In this document: one piece after another, positions 60,334 to 64,000 of the stretch
Layout of the letters: every line of letters starts with the position of its first letter
Position numbering within the stretch: the first letter of the stretch is position 1
Source of the DNA: an uncultured bacterium
Lineage (GTDB): Bacteria; Fidelibacterota; Marinisomatia; Marinisomatales; UBA1611
Assembly (NCBI GenBank): GCA_943788175.1
Contig: CALSPG010000006.1
Coordinates: forward strand, 96,001-160,000
Length of the DNA: 64,000 bases
Reading direction: 5' to 3'
Notes under the pieces: generated by a model
What the model was told of the DNA's origin: nothing
The model's input: only the letters and a program-made list of their open reading frames with translations
Database searches by the model: none
Program-made: the position numbers and the translations under genes

Positions 60334-62217
60334 CTAATTATTTGAACGTATCAATACCTTATTTTTTGATTTAGCCCAATAATATGTTCCAACGCCTGTA
60401 ACAATCTCAAATAATGTAAATAGGATTAGGTTTACTGCTATTCCACTTGCAAAGCCGTAACTATGTAAGCCTATGGAAAGTAGGTTTACACCGAACCATG
60501 CCATTATAACAACGATATTATTAAGTACCATACCAAGCGCAAATTTATCAGGTTTAGCTAAACCACTCAGTCTCATGTGAACCATCATTAACTGCCACAG
60601 AACAATTAAAAGAGCACCATTTTCTTTAGGATCCCATCCCCAAAATCTACCCCAAGACTGATCAGCCCAAATACCACCAAGGATTGTCCCAAAAAGGGTG
60701 AAAAAGAGCGCAATCAATGTGACGCCAAACATATTATTATAAATACTCTTTAATCGTACACTATCTTTTGGTACTCGTATTTTTTCGATTAAATAAATAT
60801 GACCAATTAAACCGGCCATTAAAGACGTACCATAGCCAAGAATGATTGTGGTGACATGAGTCGCAAGCCAAAAGTTAGAATTCAAAACAGCGACAAGCAT
60901 CTCCAAAGTATCACCATCTGCGGCATAACCAAAGCCAACATAATGAAGAAGAGATCCACTAATTGACCCAATAAAAATTCCTAAACCATCTCTTCGAATA
61001 TATTCAATAATAAGTGAAATAAGGACAATTACAACCCCAACAAAAATTACAGTTTCATAAAGAGTAGAAATTGGTGGACGGCTCATAATTACCATCCTCA
61101 AATAAATACCAAGTGTGTGTAGACAAAAACCAATTATAATTGAACAAAATGCAACATTTTTAAAAATAACAGGCTTGATCATCCAACTTATGCCCAGCAA
61201 GATGAAGCCAAGTAGATAGAAAACTAAACTATTTGTAAACAAATCAACTTCATTAAGCCATCGCTCCTTGCTAAGTATTGAGAAATCTACTTTTTTACCA
61301 ACATGAGAAATGAGTCCTGTTTTATATGAACTCAAAGCAATATTTTGATTTTCAATGTTATTTTCAAATCTTGCAAGCAGGTAAGATTCTAATGATTTGA
61401 TAATTTTATCTTGGTGAGGCTCTATTAATCTACCATCAAATAATTCCCAAGGTGATAGCCACAAACCTGATGAATCATTTTTTGAAGGAGGTATAATTTT
61501 TAGTGCCTTTGCAAAATCGTCCGAACTAGTTTGCTGTAAATTATAGAGAAGCAGCGCAATCTCTTTTTCAGAAACAGACCATTCTGATTCGGGTTTAGTA
61601 AGGATTCCTTGGGACGTTTCAAATAATGACCCTCGATGACTCATTACGTGGGCATAGCTGATAAGCTGCCCGGGCTCTACGTGAAGGCTAGAGGCTAAAT
61701 CTGAATCATAAACTGAAAAAAGAGGAAGTAGGCAACTTAGACTAGATACTATTTCTCTAAATTTCATTACATTTTGATATATTTCCACCAATTGACTTTC
61801 AAAAACATCTCTATCAACTTCTTTTTTTTCAAAAATTTCTCTAATAAGGGGTAATTGCTTTTCAATACCTGGAAATAATTCATTATAACTATATTTATGA
61901 AAGTTATTTGTCCAAATTAGACCTAAGGCATTGACAACTTCAGGGTTTCTAAGATTAAATACTTTTTGATCCAGCCCTTTTTCAGGGTGCGTAAACAGAT
62001 TTAAAAGCCAATCAATAGCAGAAAGGTCCTCATGTTTAATTTCTCTCTTACCATAAAAAGCTAAGGATTGATTTCTAGCAAATGAATCGAGAGGCTTTAT
62101 TCTACCACCTTCTTGAATTGGAATATCACTAACAAAAAAACTCTCTGCTGATAAGCTACTATAAAGCATAATGGTAGATGCAATTATGCTTATTGAAATG
62201 ACTGAAAGATTTTTCAT
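60334..62217 (-). CDS. ccsA: Cytochrome c biogenesis protein CcsA (System II, extended form)
   Basis: GRIKPLDS, RPP, WLATHV, WWD domain GGIWADQSWGRFWGWDPKE, GLHSY. Confidence 0.93.
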   Translation of the reverse strand: MKNLSVISISIIASTIMLYSSLSAESFFVSDIPIQEGGRIKPLDSFARNQSLAFYGKREIKHEDLSAIDWLLNLFTHPEKGLDQKVFNLRNPEVVNALGLIWTNNFHKYSYNELFPGIEKQLPLIREIFEKKEVDRDVFESQLVEIYQNVMKFREIVSSLSCLLPLFSVYDSDLASSLHVEPGQLISYAHVMSHRGSLFETSQGILTKPESEWSVSEKEIALLLYNLQQTSSDDFAKALKIIPPSKNDSSGLWLSPWELFDGRLIEPHQDKIIKSLESYLLARFENNIENQNIALSSYKTGLISHVGKKVDFSILSKERWLNEVDLFTNSLVFYLLGFILLGISWMIKPVIFKNVAFCSIIIGFCLHTLGIYLRMVIMSRPPISTLYETVIFVGVVIVLISLIIEYIRRDGLGIFIGSISGSLLHYVGFGYAADGDTLEMLVAVLNSNFWLATHVTTIILGYGTSLMAGLIGHIYLIEKIRVPKDSVRLKSIYNNMFGVTLIALFFTLFGTILGGIWADQSWGRFWGWDPKENGALLIVLWQLMMVHMRLSGLAKPDKFALGMVLNNIVVIMAWFGVNLLSIGLHSYGFASGIAVNLILFTLFEIVTGVGTYYWAKSKNKVLIRSNN

Positions 62218-63329
62218 TTTATACTCTTTTTAAAAAGGTTCGGCATACTAACCAGCATGTGCAATAATAATCCAATAGACATTATAATACTCGAAATATA
62301 GGGGAACAATCTTCCATAGTTCTTAACGGCTGCTAACACTGTTGTTTCTTCACCACTTGGACTTTCAATAAATGAAGCTTGATAAAATGTATAACCTTCG
62401 TGCCTTAAAGGTTTATTCATTTCAATTAAGACCGGCCTTGGAATATTATTTTCTATTAAATTTATATTTGAACTATAGCTTTTAGCCACCTCTGTACCGG
62501 GGTGCATAACTTTCTTAAAATCTTTCAACTCTATAGCAAATGGTAGGTATGTTTTTTTCTTTTGCAAGTTCATTACATATTGTCTTCCACCGACATTAAT
62601 AGTAGCTGGAACCGATTGTCCAAAAATAAGCCCGTAAATACCATCTGACTCCGTGAAACTACCAGAAACCTGATAAATGATTCCGGGACGGTTTTTCATA
62701 TCATCTTTGTCTCTTTTTATTTTTTTTAAAATAAAATTTTTCAACATTCCTCTAAACTGAATACCTGAAGGATTTGTTAGAGGCTCTAATGTTGCATTGT
62801 CCATGTAATCCAATATTGTAATGTCAAAATCTAATTTTTCATGCATCAAATTATTCCCATTTATGAACAATGGCTGTCCAAAAATAAAATATTGATCGTA
62901 ATTCACATCTGTGATATCTATGATAGCCAGCTCTGTTATATTATAATCGTCTACCGTATTCGACTTTGAACCTTCTTCAATAACCATACTACCTTCAGAA
63001 CTGAAAATAGCCGTCATACCAGCACCTACAAGGAGCATTACACCGCCGAGGTGAACGATTACCACACCAATCTTTTTCATTTTCCATAAATTTTGCTTAA
63101 ACATCATAGATACTAAATTAATTAACATTAATGCCAAAACAATTCTCCCACCAGGCAAGGGAATCGGACCAAAAGAAAAGAAGTATGATGAAAAGAATTT
63201 CAGTTGAGATGCGTATAAACCAATATCTCTCTGAGACACAGTACCCACAACGACTAAAATCATTAGCCAGACTAAGCTGTAAACAAATAATTTTGGACTA
63301 CTTAATAATTTGATTATTTTATTTCCCAC
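62214..63329 (-). CDS. Cytochrome c biogenesis protein ResB/Ccs1-like
   Basis: LVVVGT, GVVIVHLG (conserved His), LPFAIELKDF, MNKPLRHEGYTFYQASF; GTG start at 63329 after GGGAG RBS (ORF track start 63356). Confidence 0.85.
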   Translation of the reverse strand: MGNKIIKLLSSPKLFVYSLVWLMILVVVGTVSQRDIGLYASQLKFFSSYFFSFGPIPLPGGRIVLALMLINLVSMMFKQNLWKMKKIGVVIVHLGGVMLLVGAGMTAIFSSEGSMVIEEGSKSNTVDDYNITELAIIDITDVNYDQYFIFGQPLFINGNNLMHEKLDFDITILDYMDNATLEPLTNPSGIQFRGMLKNFILKKIKRDKDDMKNRPGIIYQVSGSFTESDGIYGLIFGQSVPATINVGGRQYVMNLQKKKTYLPFAIELKDFKKVMHPGTEVAKSYSSNINLIENNIPRPVLIEMNKPLRHEGYTFYQASFIESPSGEETTVLAAVKNYGRLFPYISSIIMSIGLLLHMLVSMPNLFKKSIK

Positions 63330-63334
63330 TAGTA

Positions 63335-63898
63335 TCAACTCCCTATTGAAGAGCAAAATTTTTCAAAGACAGATTCTAGTTCCCGGAGCCCTTGTTGACT
63401 AACTGTAAGTTTTATAAAGAATGTTTTATTACCAGTAGGAAGAACGGCTGCAATTATCGCTTTTTCTTTATTTAAATTATTTACCATTTTGAATATCCTA
63501 AAAGCGCCCATTTTACTTTCTCCAGACTCAGAAAATTCAAGGATTTGATTTTCAGATATTGGATCTAGATTTATTTGGCCTCTCCACCTATTTACGTTTG
63601 CTAATAGGCCTCCACTAATGCCGCTTAAAGAAACAACAGAAAGATCGCCGACACCTGTTGAAAATGGGACATCAAAGCTAGCTAGTCTCATAGAATGCCC
63701 TTTTGATGGAATCCAACCCCTTGGTAAATCCCAGGTTAAGTTACTTATTACTTGTTGTTGGTTCTCTTCACTTGATCGGGATTGATTTATACCAAAGTCT
63801 TTTTTAGGAGTTCTATAATATTGAATATGTCGACTGTTATCACATCCAGCAAAAAAGATAAAAGCAAGACATAGGCTATGTTTTAGGAAAATCATCAT
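63335..63898 (-). CDS. Conserved hypothetical lipoprotein upstream of resB/ccsA
   Basis: Lipobox FAG|C; WDLPRGW...MRLASF...GGLLANVNRWRGQINL...FFIKLT. Confidence 0.75.
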   Translation of the reverse strand: MMIFLKHSLCLAFIFFAGCDNSRHIQYYRTPKKDFGINQSRSSEENQQQVISNLTWDLPRGWIPSKGHSMRLASFDVPFSTGVGDLSVVSLSGISGGLLANVNRWRGQINLDPISENQILEFSESGESKMGAFRIFKMVNNLNKEKAIIAAVLPTGNKTFFIKLTVSQQGLRELESVFEKFCSSIGS

Positions 63899-64000
63899 AT
63901 ATTATTTATTTATCTATCTAATCGATACATGTTAATTTGATTTATTAGCGTAAAATAAATAAAGTATTATTGCTAAAAAGTTAAATAAAAGTTCTATGCC

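Overview
AT-rich (roughly 30% GC by eye), gene-dense bacterial chromosomal window, mostly minus-strand. Gene content points to the FCB supergroup, most plausibly a streamlined marine Marinimicrobia/SAR406-like genome (inference): a Bacteroidetes-type RpoD lacking region 1.1, long-form IspG, short AMP nucleosidase, YPNPFN C-terminal sorting tails and many Na+-symporters. It carries housekeeping genes (alr, polA, groEL/groES, dut, smc, folB/folK, ispG, rpoD, htpG, trhO, amn), many transporters, three secreted hydrolases with Por/FlgD-type tails and a System II cytochrome c biogenesis cluster. I saw no rRNA, tRNA, CRISPR array or mobile element. The best novel candidate is an unannotated 44-aa ORF with 16 Cys (54607-54741, minus strand, clear RBS) that resembles a eukaryote-style metallothionein. 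It lies directly downstream of a very acidic four-repeat lipoprotein, and this pair is divergent from a TonB-dependent receptor plus a halide/thiol-methyltransferase-type enzyme, suggesting a metal/metalloid handling locus. Also notable: a shared sigma54-like promoter plus TGCCA-N3-TGGCA palindrome upstream of both groES and htpG (no CIRCE); an apicomplexan/giant-virus-like dUTPase; a secreted class II GATase whose catalytic Cys sits in a lipobox; a NamZ gene that needs a non-canonical ATA start; and two single-base frameshifts.
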